From Podarcis liolepis (taxonomy: Eukaryota), in NCBI GenBank assembly GCA_965112155.1, contig OZ218098.1: DNA of 64,000 nucleotides; one strand, written 5' to 3'. The position numbers and the translations under genes are program-made. Positions 11,795-23,147 of this stretch are shown in pieces. Each line of letters opens with the position of its first letter. The stretch's first letter is position 1. Below the pieces are notes generated by a model that saw only the letters and a program-made list of their open reading frames with translations, did no database searches and was not told the origin of the DNA.

Positions 11795-11944
11795 CCCTTT
11801 CCCTACCAGCCACCCCCCCACCTGACACAGAAACATATTAGCAGAAAATATATGAGGATCTATATATTTCCCACTGTCTCCTAAGGGGTGAATAGGAGCT
11901 TGGAGGAGGAGTGAAGAGTGGGGAAATGAATAGGAGGGAAAGGG
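11795..11944. mobile_element. Candidate piggyBac-type MITE
   Basis: TTAA|CCCTTTCCCT ... AGGGAAAGGG|TTAA, i.e. TTAA duplication plus CCCT termini. Confidence 0.45.
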
Positions 11945-12867
11945 TTAAGCACCTGCACCTCCTCCTCCCTTTGCACTGGAAACATGCAGTCTCTGAGTCT
12001 GCTTTCAGGTTAAATTATTGGGGAAGAGATAAACACGCCCATGGGTAAATGTGCAATTTGGCCATAAGGCTGACTCATCACACAGACACTTGTACAGGAA
12101 TCTCCATATAAACTAGGGTGGGGGGAGTGACCCAAACCCCATGCGCTTGGCTAGAGTGGAAAGCAAGTGGAGAATCCAAGTTTTGAAATTACCCTTTATA
12201 TAATATTAAAGGATAAGCTGCTACTGCAGTGCAACAGGTGGGGGACTCCATCAGGTGCTAAATACAGCCTTGGGTTGGGCAGGCTGCCAGCTCTATTTCC
12301 TTACATAAACCACTCCACTTCAAGGTATGCCATTAATCCTGGCTCCAGCTTCTACCACAGAGCTTCTTTGTACAGGAACAGAATTAATCATCAGATGGGA
12401 CTTTTGCACCTCAGTTATCATTCTTTATTTGCTCGCGAAATATACGCACAAACCTTTTCAGGGGCCAGCAGAAACCAAAGCGTGAGAGTAAATCCCCCAT
12501 AGGGATACAGAAAGTGACAAAGCGTTCGTGAAATGGGATACGAGTTCAGAGGTTAGAGGTATTGCTCTGCTACTAAGCACACTGAGGTGCATTTTTTGCA
12601 CTCAAGCATACCCTTCCTTGGCAATCTTGAGCAACTCCAGACCTGTGAACCAATGGTTCATCAAATCCAGCCTCCTGTCTCTAGGAACCCCACCTACAAT
12701 GATGGCAACAGACTTCTCCTGCTGCTGTTACCCAGTGCCTGGTATTCAGAGCTCTGTTTTGTATTATGGGCCTATAGACAGCTAGGACTGATGCTTTTGA
12801 GTGTTTGCCATTTGAAGCAGCATGCTGCTGTGATGGTTTTCAGGTACAAGACCTGGGCCCTGGGGGC

Positions 12868-12962
12868 AGGGACTACAGCTCCCATCATTTCTTACTCCCG
12901 ACCATGTTGTCTGGGGCTGATGGGAGCTTGAGTCCAGCAACATCTGGAGAACAAGTTCCCTG
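12868..12962. mobile_element. Degenerate palindromic hAT MITE
   Basis: ggactacagctcccatcat...ggggctgatgggagcttgagtccagcaacatctggag. Confidence 0.6.
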
Positions 12963-13101
12963 TTTCTGAGCTGAGAAATACTACTATAGCACCAGTGGAC
13001 TGTATTATCTTGGAAAGATCCACAAATGTTGAGTTTGCCTAAAGTTGACGTAGAATTTACAGAGCTACCAGAAGGCATAGAGTTCATCTGGCTGGTTACA
13101 A

Positions 13102-13443
13102 CAGACCCTCCAAGTGCTCCTGTTTTCCAGGAACCTCCCTGATTTAGAGAAGCCATCCCGGTTTCTGATTTGATCCCAGAATGTCCCACTTTTCCTTAGG
13201 ATGTCCCTTTTTTCATTGGAGAAATGTTGGAGGATATGGAGTTTTCCGACCCCCAAGCCATCTGAAAGCAATCCTGTAGGAAGCTTTTTGAATGTTTAAT
13301 GTTTTATTATGTTTTTATATATGTCTGAAGCTGCCCAGAGTGGCGCTGGGGCAACCCAGTAAGATGTGTGGGGTATAAATAGTAAAATTATCATTATGGA
13401 ATAGGATGCCCCTATTTGCATCAGAGAAATGTTGGAGGGGATG
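13102..13443 (+). mobile_element. Composite non-autonomous DNA transposon (6-bp-TSD family), long form
   Basis: Termini CAGACCCTCCAA / TTGGAGGGGATG, internal copy of the right end finishing at 13238; collinear with 40422 and 53642. Confidence 0.85.
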
Positions 13444-14892
13444 CTACAGTTTCCAAATGTGTACAGCTCTGTGAACTTGTGAAGTAGATTTATTAACTTG
13501 CCTTGGTATGGTAAGATAGGAAAGTGGGGACTTGGCAGGGGTGAATATTGCAATCAGATCAGACGGTTAGCTGCGCCTTGTGTATCCAAAGCACCCATCT
13601 TGCCAAGGCCTTGTAAAGATTACAGAGGCACTTCTTCAAAGCTATAGAGATTGGAGCAGAAACTGAACGCCCATCCTTCAGTGCAAGAGGCTAGGGAGAA
13701 ACCTTTCATTCCAGACCTATCTACCTAAGCAACAAAGCTCAAGCCCTGAGCCTTTATGTATATGAGAAATAGACTAGGAGTTGTTAACAAGACTGGCACA
13801 TCCTTAAGCAACTAAGGGAAAGCTGAACTTTCTTCATCTGGCCAATGCTGCATAGCAGAGCAGTGTACACTTCCTCTGAAAGGGAACAATGTTGTTGACA
13901 TGCAGCTAAGTGAATGCAGGATTCAAGACATGTTATGGGGAGGTTGCAGGAAGCAATGAATGCAAGCATTCTGCTTCCAAGAAAAGGCAGCACAATGCAA
14001 GTTAATTAAGTGTCACATTTGTGGCTGCAAGTCTTGACAACCACATAGATAAGCCATCTCCCAGGCAGAGTGTTAATCTTTTATATGAGAGTCAAATACA
14101 AGCCACACTGATTAACTGCTCAGCTTTTGGCTCAGAATGCTGTTCCCAAACCTGTGCATCACAGTTACTAGAGGGCATGGAGCTATGTGACAGGTCTGAG
14201 CTTTTAATCATATTGGGAGAGATGTCTGACTTACTGCTCATTGCCTAGAATGCCCTCCCAGTCACTGTGGCATCTACAGCAATGCTGATTCCTCCCTCAG
14301 CTTTGCCACTGGTGCTACTCCTCATTGCCAACGTGCGACATTTTCCCACAAGCCCCTCTGGTGAATTCTCATGTGTTGTCTTTCATAACTGAAGCACGCT
14401 CCAAACATCTGCTGCATTGACTTCTTTTAATTTCATTCTCTTCTTCCAATTACATTCTCTACATTCTACTCTATATGGATTACAAACAGTTGCCCATTGA
14501 AGCACGCTGGTCAAATACCGTTGCAGTGTTTTCACAAGCGTCCATCTTGTTTTCTCCTATTAATATGAACTGTAAACTCTTTGTAGCAGGGAGCATCTTC
14601 TACTGATATGCAGGGTCTTTCACAATGGAGCCCCAGTCCATGACTATGATTCTAAAATGCTATTGCTATTCAAATACAAATACTAATGGGATACTGAGCT
14701 TAAGCATGGATTCTAAGAGAATCCTAGTGAAGAATGCAGTCAAAGTTAAAGATTCTTAAGTCACACAGATTTCAATGGGTGTGTTAAGCATATGCCGAAA
14801 TCACTTTTGTGTGTCATAAATGGGTCTCCACATGGAGCACTTGCATTCCTTTAGATTTCTTTAGATGGAGAAGAAAGTCACAAATCCATTAT

Positions 14893-14960
14893 TCTGCTGG
14901 CTGGGGCTGATGGGAGTTGTAGTCCAAAATATCTGGAGGGTACCAGTTTGGTGAAGGCTG
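14893..14960. mobile_element. Half copy of palindromic hAT MITE
   Basis: ggggctgatgggagttgtagtccaaaatatctggagggtaccagtttggtgaaggctg. Confidence 0.65.
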
Positions 14961-16392
14961 TTTAAGTGCCCAAACTGTGTCCCCCGAATGTGTGTGGATC
15001 TGTAATACTTGACTGTTCACACAGTTTTGCTTCTTGAGCCATCTCTGCCATACAGCAAGAAGGCATGCCTGCTTCAAGTGGGGCTGAGGGGGATAAATAA
15101 AGGCAGGTGTTGGTGGGTCCTTCCAGATAGGTGCTTATTGTAGGATGGGAGATCCTCATTCATGCATATTTTCCCCCAGCAGCCACACAAAATTGCTGGC
15201 ATCAAAATCTCCCGCACATATATCTCCCGACCCCCCCCCAATTTAATTTGGAATAAAACCCAAAACGTTTAAAATCAACCCTGTTGCCAGCAACCAGTTT
15301 GTGATATTTGAATAACCTGTTTATAGTATTAAGCCTCTGCCTCAATGCATGTGAATGGTATGGGAAGAGATTTTAACGTGATGGCCCTAGTGGGTATTGG
15401 AGGGGGGGACATTTGGCAGCAAAATGTCTTGAGGCCGCACCGTTTCTCTTCCACATTGGTCAAATGTTGCGTGTTTCAAGGTCAGAGACTGATAGGTTTA
15501 ACAAGCAGCAGAAAATTAGAGAGACAACCAAGGCATCTAAGCTGACTTTGTAATATATGCTTACTTCTTAACATGTAGAGCAGGTACTGGATTGGATGAG
15601 TATAATTTGTCATTAATTAAAGGCCATGAATTAAAAGCCACTTCCGTACAGGCCAAGTGCGGAAGTGTTCTGTTCTCTCCCATTCTCCTTCTTGTATTCC
15701 ACTCCCTCCTTTGCATCAGACCCTCCCATCCACCACTCAGCACCCCCAGTTTATTCCCCCCCCCCGCATCTCTCCCAAATGTATTTATCATACCCTCTGA
15801 GCATGACATTGCACACATGGGCAGAAACAGATTGTTAAGAGATGGCTATTAGATAGCTATATAGATGGATATTAATATTATTGAGTTATTGTCCCAACTG
15901 CTACCCCAAATTTATCTTGTTTACTTTCATGTCAAAAGAAGAGTGGGAAGCCCCTTGAAAGCATGGGACTCTCTGCTGGTTCTCTGGCCTGGGACAGAAC
16001 CTTGCCAGGTATGGGTCACTAATACTCCCCATTTTGGAAATGACAAGGCTGAGTGATGATGATTTCCACAAGGTCACTCAGTTAAATTCAGGGCTTTGAA
16101 TTGATTTGAACTCAGGACTCCCCCCCCTTTTTTTTTACTGTTGAAGGCATTGCAATAGTTGCTGCTCTACGTTTAGCAAAGAGCAAACACTTCTGTACAT
16201 CATGAAATCAATAAAGATCAGCTTTGAGTTTAGTAAGGAACATAAATTAGTTGGGCCAACACAGTTGCTTGAAACACCCAGAGTCAATGACCCCATATCG
16301 TGGATTCCACCCTGATGGCTTATGCCAACTAGAGATCCACACCCTTCTTTGTCTTTAGAAAAGAAGTCACATAGAGTCCTCTGGATGGAGTA

Positions 16393-16501
16393 AAGGTAAA
16401 GGGACCCCTGACCATTAGGTCCAGTCGTGGCCGACTCTGGGGTTGCGGCGCTCATCTCACTTTATTGGCCGAGGGAGCCGGAGTACAGCTTCCAGGTCAT
16501 G
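16393..16501 (-). mobile_element. 5'-truncated Sauria SINE
   Basis: Only the 3' ~110 bp are present; flanked by 11-bp TSD TGGATGGAGTA at 16382-16392 and 16502-16512. Confidence 0.9.
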
Positions 16502-16522
16502 TGGATGGAGTAGGGATGATCT

Positions 16523-16576
<54 letters not shown>
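16523..16576. repeat. (GAAA)n microsatellite
   Basis: Perfect tetranucleotide run. Confidence 0.97.
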
Positions 16577-16614
16577 TTTGGCAGAAGTTTTCAAGCTGGT
16601 AAAAAGAAGGTGCT

Positions 16615-16755
16615 ACACTTCAATAGTGGAGCATCTGCTTTGAATGCAGACTTTTACCTAAAGTCCTGGAGAGCTGTTGACAGTCAGTGTAGACACTATG
16701 AAGCTAGGTGAACCAAAGGTCTGACTCAGTATAAGGCAGCTTCCTAGGTCCCTTA
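16615..16755 (+). mobile_element. tRNA-headed SINE (same family as 8910), internally deleted
   Basis: gagcatctgctttgaatgcaga ... cagtcagtgtagacac ... ggtctgactcagtataaggcagcttcct. Confidence 0.7.
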
Positions 16756-17784
16756 TGTCATGGAAGGGTGAGTTTTCAGTAAGAGAGTTTAAGCTTTGAA
16801 ATATCTGACTGATATAGTGATGAAAAAGTAAGGGGTGCCTCCAGATGGTCACTATTTTGTTTTTTTTTAACCAAGAGATTCCTGTGGTCACCAAACCGAC
16901 TACTTAATCAATGGTATTTACTGGTATTGCCCACTTTGTCTATCCTGGGCCTGTTTCTTGGTTAAACTAACTAACTTACAACATCCTGCCCCTTGGATCA
17001 CTTCAGGAAGTATCCTACAAGCCTATTAGGCCTGTTGCAGTAACTTAACAGTTCTCTGATTGTAGCACCTTTTGGCTGGGAGCCACAACAGGTGCTCTCA
17101 CAGGATTTATGTGATCCTCTTTCATCTCCTATGCAGGTTGATTTGGAAGATGAATAGAGGGAATAGAGATTCCCAAATTTTGCTCAGGTGTGAATAATAT
17201 TCTCTCAGACAACCATCTCCCCCCTCCGACTACACAACACATTTTTACAACAATAATACACATATAAAAGGGGGTCCAGCACACAACTGGCTCTGAAGGC
17301 ATCGCATTTCTGCCAAGCTTAAAAAATCTGGCATGTTGAAAGCACAATGTTGGCCTCACTTCCACACAGCTCACCTGGGATACTGTAGTGCAAGGGCTTC
17401 TCTAGACATTCAGTTCGTTGTGTGTGTTCATGATGAGTTGGGTTCAGGATGCTACAGCAAGTGATTATATGTGATCCCACATTCCATATTTTTTGCCTGC
17501 AAAAGTTTGGGGGCAATTTTGGGTCAGTGCATGTTCTGTAACTTCCTGATAAAATCCCGGCCACTTTTCACACCATAACTGCCCAGGTTTTAAATTGAAT
17601 GTGAATGTCCTATTATTGTGTCAGAATCCACTCCCCGCCCCCAAAACCCCAACAGCCCAGAGGGGCCCTAAACAGAACACCTTCCCCTTCCTCTGAATGT
17701 AACTGTGATAAGCTCCTATGCCACCAAAAGGTTTCTCTTTCTCCTTCCTACTTTGACCAGGGCCCATGATGTTGTTACAAGACA

Positions 17785-18092
17785 ACCTGAGCTCAAGATG
17801 GCCTATATGGTTCTCCACCTCCTCATTTAATCCCCACAAAAAGCCTGTGAGGTAGTTTAGGCCAGGCATAGGCAAACTTGGCCCTCCAGATGTTTTGGGA
17901 CTACAACTCCCATCATCCCTGACCACTGGTCCTGTTAGTTAGGGATGATGGGAGTTGTAGTCCCAAAACATCTGGAGGGCCAGGTTTGCCTATGCCTGGG
18001 TTAGGCTGAGAGGCAGTGACAGGCCCAAGGTCCCTCAGCAGACTGAACAAGCATGCAGATCCCCTGGCCACAATCTTCTCCATTACACTGAG
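17785..18092 (-). mobile_element. MIR/CORE-like squamate SINE (Squam3-like) interrupted by a MITE
   Basis: Flanks rejoin to ggttctcc...cctgtgaggtaggttaggctgagaggcagtgacaggcccaag, matching the uninterrupted copy at 46866-47051. Confidence 0.7.
17863..17998. mobile_element. 136-bp palindromic hAT (Charlie-type) MITE
   Basis: TIR CAGGCATAGGCAAAC; near-complete fold-back; TSD GTTTAGGC / GGTTAGGC (7 of 8). Confidence 0.92.
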
Positions 18093-21000
18093 CTGTACAG
18101 TATTGTATTTCTAATTCATAGTAATTGCCTCAAAATTATCACCTATGCATAAAATAAGCATATCCACTTGTTATGCATATCTGTACCCTCTTTAATCCAC
18201 TTTTTGGATTGATGCATAAGCTGTCAATGGAGGCTGCTTCTATGGAAAAACACAGAGCTCCCTATGCCAGATTTGGAAAGAAATCCATTCCCTACTCTGC
18301 TCCCCCACTCTTTTTGTCACACTCACTTTAGGGCCCTAATTATTTCAGTGCTGGTGAACCTAGTCAGGCCTTGACCCCTTCTGTTCCATGACTTTCATGA
18401 GCCACAGTATTGCTGGGCGTGGAGGCTTATGGAGCTTCTTTTTCAACAGGTAAAATAAAAAAGCACAAGGCGAGCCGAAAGGGTCAGTGGAGGACACATG
18501 ACAAAGCCACCTCCTTTCCCCTCATTCCGAATGACTCAGGGGTTGAAGAAAATGTGTGGCTTCAGGAGACTCCCCCTTTCCCCAAATCTCCTCTCAGCTT
18601 AAACGCTTGCCTTCAAAACTGGGCTAGGGCTGCTGCCTTGTTTAACACCACAGCTCAGATACAGGTGGGGGGGGGGGATCTGTCTGAATTCTCTCCATAT
18701 ATTTGCTCTCCTAGTATCAGGCTGAACCTGTTTGGCATTGGGGCCCTGGAGGCAGTGTGGATTCCAGATTTCTCTTTCTGCTCCATTTATTTCGAGCATG
18801 CTATCCTCTCCCTCCCTCCGCCCCTCCTCTTCACTTGCCCTTAGGCCTCAAGCTTTGAGCTGTGAAAGGCATAAGGCAGGGCATCGCTTATACACCTGAA
18901 ACAGGTTGTGACAAGCCTGGCAGCCTGCTCCATAGAAGGATTAGGGCTATGCAAGTTACAAAGTGCTTTGGAAAGCTGCCTTTCTCTGCTTAGAAATGCT
19001 CAGCTCGCATTGTCCTGAAAACTCTATTGTTTGCTCAGAGGTATTTGGTCTTTATTATTCACGCGTGTGAGTGTGTGTGCACATCTACAGTTTCTCCTGC
19101 ATGCTCACCTTACAATGCTGGAAAAGGAGAGGGTATTATTTAAGCCTCTTTCCTGCAAAAGAAACCATCTCAATGAGTTAAGGAGACACATTCTTACTAA
19201 GACCAATGGACCATGAAGTCCAGAGCCATCAACCGTGACTTGGAGTAGAAGTTAGGTTCTCCAGGATCTCAAACAAGGGTTCCTTTCTGTTCTTCTCATT
19301 CAAGTGCCTCTTAGGATTTGTTGGGTGAAATTAGGTGTACTTGTTTATGCAACCTGCTTGAATAGCTATCCCCACCATGGTACATAATAAGGAGATTGAA
19401 CCATCTGCGCTCACAGATCTAATCTATTTGTTTACATTGCTATGCCAAAAACCTCTCTACTTTCCAGCATCATCCACTTCTCCACATCTCAGAATTGCCC
19501 GTTTTAGTGGTAGTGGAGTAGTTCTGCTGGCTCATACTGGTGGGGGTACAAGAAACATGCATCTAGAACAGGAATGTCAGAAAACTCTGGTGAAAACAAA
19601 AATGGGAGCAGAAATGGCTAAAATTAACTTATTCGTCCCATGTCCAGAACAGAAATCAATCCAGCAAATGCAACCAGTATTATTTGCCGTTCTTGTTTTC
19701 AGTCCACGACAAATTTGTAACTGATTATTCCCCACACACTTTGAATAACATTTCCTTTGCATTGAAATGAATCAATGATGGAATAGTGTAATGACAACGT
19801 AATTTACGTAATTTCACCACAGCAGATGATGAGACGAATCACGTTTTGGGTGAAAGATGAACTGCAGCAGACAGGAAAAAGTGCTGCATGAGGTGGACAC
19901 AGGGCATCCCTAATCCAAAATCTGGACAAGCTTGTTAGAGCCAGACAGAAGAAGACCTTCAACACATTCAGCTCTATCTAGCATAGTGGCTCAGGGGTTT
20001 GAACTGCTCTTTATGTGTGTGCGCTTAGAATTGCAACTGGGTTACTGTCATATATGAAAACTCCCTTACTTTAGGCTCATGAAGCAGACTAGATGGAGAA
20101 AGATACACAGACAGCTTTAAATGAAACCTCTATTATTTTGATTATTGTTTCATGAACATGTGACACCCTGACAACTCGAAACATTTCTAAATGATGAATC
20201 AGGAGTTCTTGAACATAAGACTGTGGCATAAAACATTATTTTCAATTAAGTTCCTTTCAGGTCTATAATGAAGATTAACATCAACAATGTCATTCAGTGA
20301 CATATTAAGTATTATTAGTCTTCTCTAATTTTTCTACCACTGTGGAATGCTGCAAGGACAGCCCCACCTAATTCCTGAAGGACAAATGTGGAGCAGTGCA
20401 AAAAAGAAGAATAAGAAGAAGGGAAGAAGGAAAAGTTGAAAGTAGAACTTGGAGAAGACAAGGCTCCATGTCTTTAATAAAAAAATAATGCTTAGCAATG
20501 TTATCAAAACTCATAATTACCTGGCTCAGAATATGAACTAGTCTAGCTCATAATATCTGCAAAGAGAGTGGAATGTCACTTGAAAGCCTTTTCCCAGTTT
20601 GGAATTTAACTCAAGCAAGTTTCTCTGACCCTGACCTGTTGAATGTTGCAATGACAGCATCCCAGGGCCTGGGATCCCAGGTTCCTAGGAAATGGAATTT
20701 TCCAGGGCTTCTGAGTCTTTATTATGGATGTAAAGCACCCTAAAAACTACAAGTCCCAGAGGTTCTTCTACCTTAGAGCCAGGACATTGCTGAACTTACT
20801 CATGAGGACATCAGAGGAGCAAGGGCTCCTGAGACATGCATTTTCCAGGGCACCTGACATTCACAGCAAGGAATCCATTGGCCTGTAAGACTGCATTTCT
20901 CAGGGTTCTTGCTACCTGAGATGCTGACATTTCAGTATTAAGGTGCTAAGGAGAAACGAAAACTTATCAGGGAACCTCCACTGGGACTTCTCAGTTACTA

Positions 21001-21178
21001 CTGACAGGTATGTGGGAAGGAAAAGGAAGGAGAATGAGGACTGGGTAGGTTATAGAAATGAATGGATCCTTCTGGTCCAGCATCACCTGTCCTACTCTTC
21101 TGCTGATAATGGTGTTGAACACTGTGTCTCTCTCTTCCATTTTGCTCTTTGCTGGAGTTCTCTAGCAACACTCTAATC

Positions 21179-21314
21179 CAGGCATAGGCAAACTCGGCCC
21201 TCCAGATGTTTTGGGACTACAACTCCCATCATCCCTAGCTAACAGGACCAGTGGTCAGGGATGATGGGAGTTGTAGCTCCAAAACATCTGGAGGGTCGAG
21301 TTTGCCTATGCCTG
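21179..21314. mobile_element. 136-bp palindromic hAT (Charlie-type) MITE
   Basis: Same element as 17863 in the opposite orientation; perfect 8-bp TSD CTCTAATC at 21171-21178 and 21315-21322. Confidence 0.95.
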
Positions 21315-21620
21315 CTCTAATCTGCTAGCAATAGTGGCATGCAAATAGGAGGGGAAGTGTCTTATTCAGCACCACTGTGATTGCTGGGTTGTTGAGTTTT
21401 TTGGGGGAAAGGGGTGGGCAGTGGTGGTGGTTGAGCATTGCCACTTTTGTGTTGGTAAGAAAAGTATTTTGTGGTGTTAGCAACAGTTTCTTAGATTTTC
21501 AAATATACTACTAGGTTCAGAAAGGTTGGAAATACTTGGCCTGCTAGAACGTGTGATTTAGTCTAATGTGTTCCCAGACTTGGCATTGGTTTTGACAGTT
21601 TTTTAAAATAAAAAAAAATC

Positions 21621-21852
21621 AGGCTGGATTCAACTAAATCACTGCACTAGTGGAAACCAGTGCAATGAGTCCTGCTGGAGCACTGAGGCTTCCCTCCTCT
21701 CCTTCACTCACATGCCCCCATGCCCCCCAAATCAGCTCAGGAGGGGGGTCAGAAGTGCACAGGGAGGGGAGAGTGGAGGCCATTTTATCTGACAAACAGA
21801 AATGGCCACACTGGCAGAATGGTCACCTTAGTGTGACATTGAATTCCACCCT
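21621..21852. mobile_element. Old MITE (Harbinger-like), same family as 41530
   Basis: Ends AGGCTGGATTCAAC / TTGAATTCCACCCT with a pyrimidine-then-purine internal fold-back. Confidence 0.55.
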
Positions 21853-23046
21853 CTGTGTTTCTGAATGGATCCACCCCACACCCATAGTTGATGCAGCTAC
21901 TTAATAGGTATTTACATTTTAGCAATCAGCACATCATTAACCCAGCATGAAATACCAAATGATTTCCAGAGAAGTCTGGCTATCCAAGCTCCACTTCTAG
22001 TCCTCCTGGAGCATAGAGATGAAACTAGAGCAGCTCGTTGTGTCTGCTTTTGCTGTGTATCCTTTAAACTCTCTTTGAAAGAACAATGGGTTTCAGGTTG
22101 CTAGGCAGAAACTACTGACCCACAAGGGGCGGAGCTGTTTAGAATATGCCCTGTATGGACAAAATTGCTACAAAGGCACCACATTAAGGCAGAGCTCAAT
22201 AGATCTAGCTGAACTCCAAAGTAAGCCCAGCATGAATGGAGTAACCTGAAAAAGAGGGTAATTTAGGTGCAGAAAGAGGAAAATGTCAGATTTGGCGAGG
22301 GAGAGAGGAGAAAAAAGGTACCGTTTCAGTGTCGGGGGAGAAAATAATGGGAAGAGAAAAGATAGCACGAAACGTTGCAGGAGGACATGAGTTATGAAGA
22401 TGAAGAGTTAAACATGACTCTGAGAGTTTCTTCTGCATTAATGCTGCTTTTCAAATGGAAATGATGGGGTCAGGGGCGTAGGGCCGACACCGCCTTTGGA
22501 CAATGGTGCACTGAGCTCTCTGCTCTGAGGCAAGTGACAAAAGGAGTGAGAGAGAGAAGATGTTTGCTGGAAGAGTCCCCATTCTTCACGGCAAGGTTGG
22601 CTGTGTGCTTCTCTTGTTCACCCCCAGGCTCCTGTGGGGAGGGGAAGGTCCCGGGCTCAGGCTCCGGTTCACTTTGCAGACTGTGCAAGTCGGGCTTGTC
22701 ACAGAGAAAGAGCCCTCAGGGTACTAAAACTGGCTCAAAGAATGTTAATAAGATCGGGGGAAGAGAGAGAGAGAAAGCCAAAAGAGATTTCGACACAAAT
22801 GATCTTCAAGGAGTGCTCTGTAAATAAAACAAAACAAAATGGCTCCCTGCCAGGAGCACCTGCCGCTCCGCATTGATATTAATTGTCTGGAGAAGGGAGG
22901 TGGGTTTGACAGGGAGGCAGAAGCACCGAAGGAATAATGATACCGGCTGCAGCATCGTAGAAGTCTTAGAAGGAGGCTGGTGTGTGTTTCACTTGGTTTG
23001 TCTGCTGCCTTGGCTTCAGGAGTTTCTGAGTAGGAGCACTCTAGGC

Positions 23047-23147
23047 CAGGGAAGGGGAAGCTGTGGCCCTCCAGAGGTTGTTGGACTCCAACTCCCATCA
23101 GCCCCAGCTGGCAAGGCCAGCGGTCAGGGAGGATGGGAGCTGTAATC
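23047..23147. mobile_element. Partial palindromic hAT MITE
   Basis: cagggaaggggaagctgtggccctccagaggttgttggactccaactcccatc...gatgggagctgta. Confidence 0.65.

Noticed and set aside
22470-22688. Protein-like minus ORF (EPEPEPGTFPSPQEPG) and an NRSE-like string near 22490-22515
   Set aside because: Non-ATG start and no recognised homologue; the string does not fit the REST half-site order and spacing
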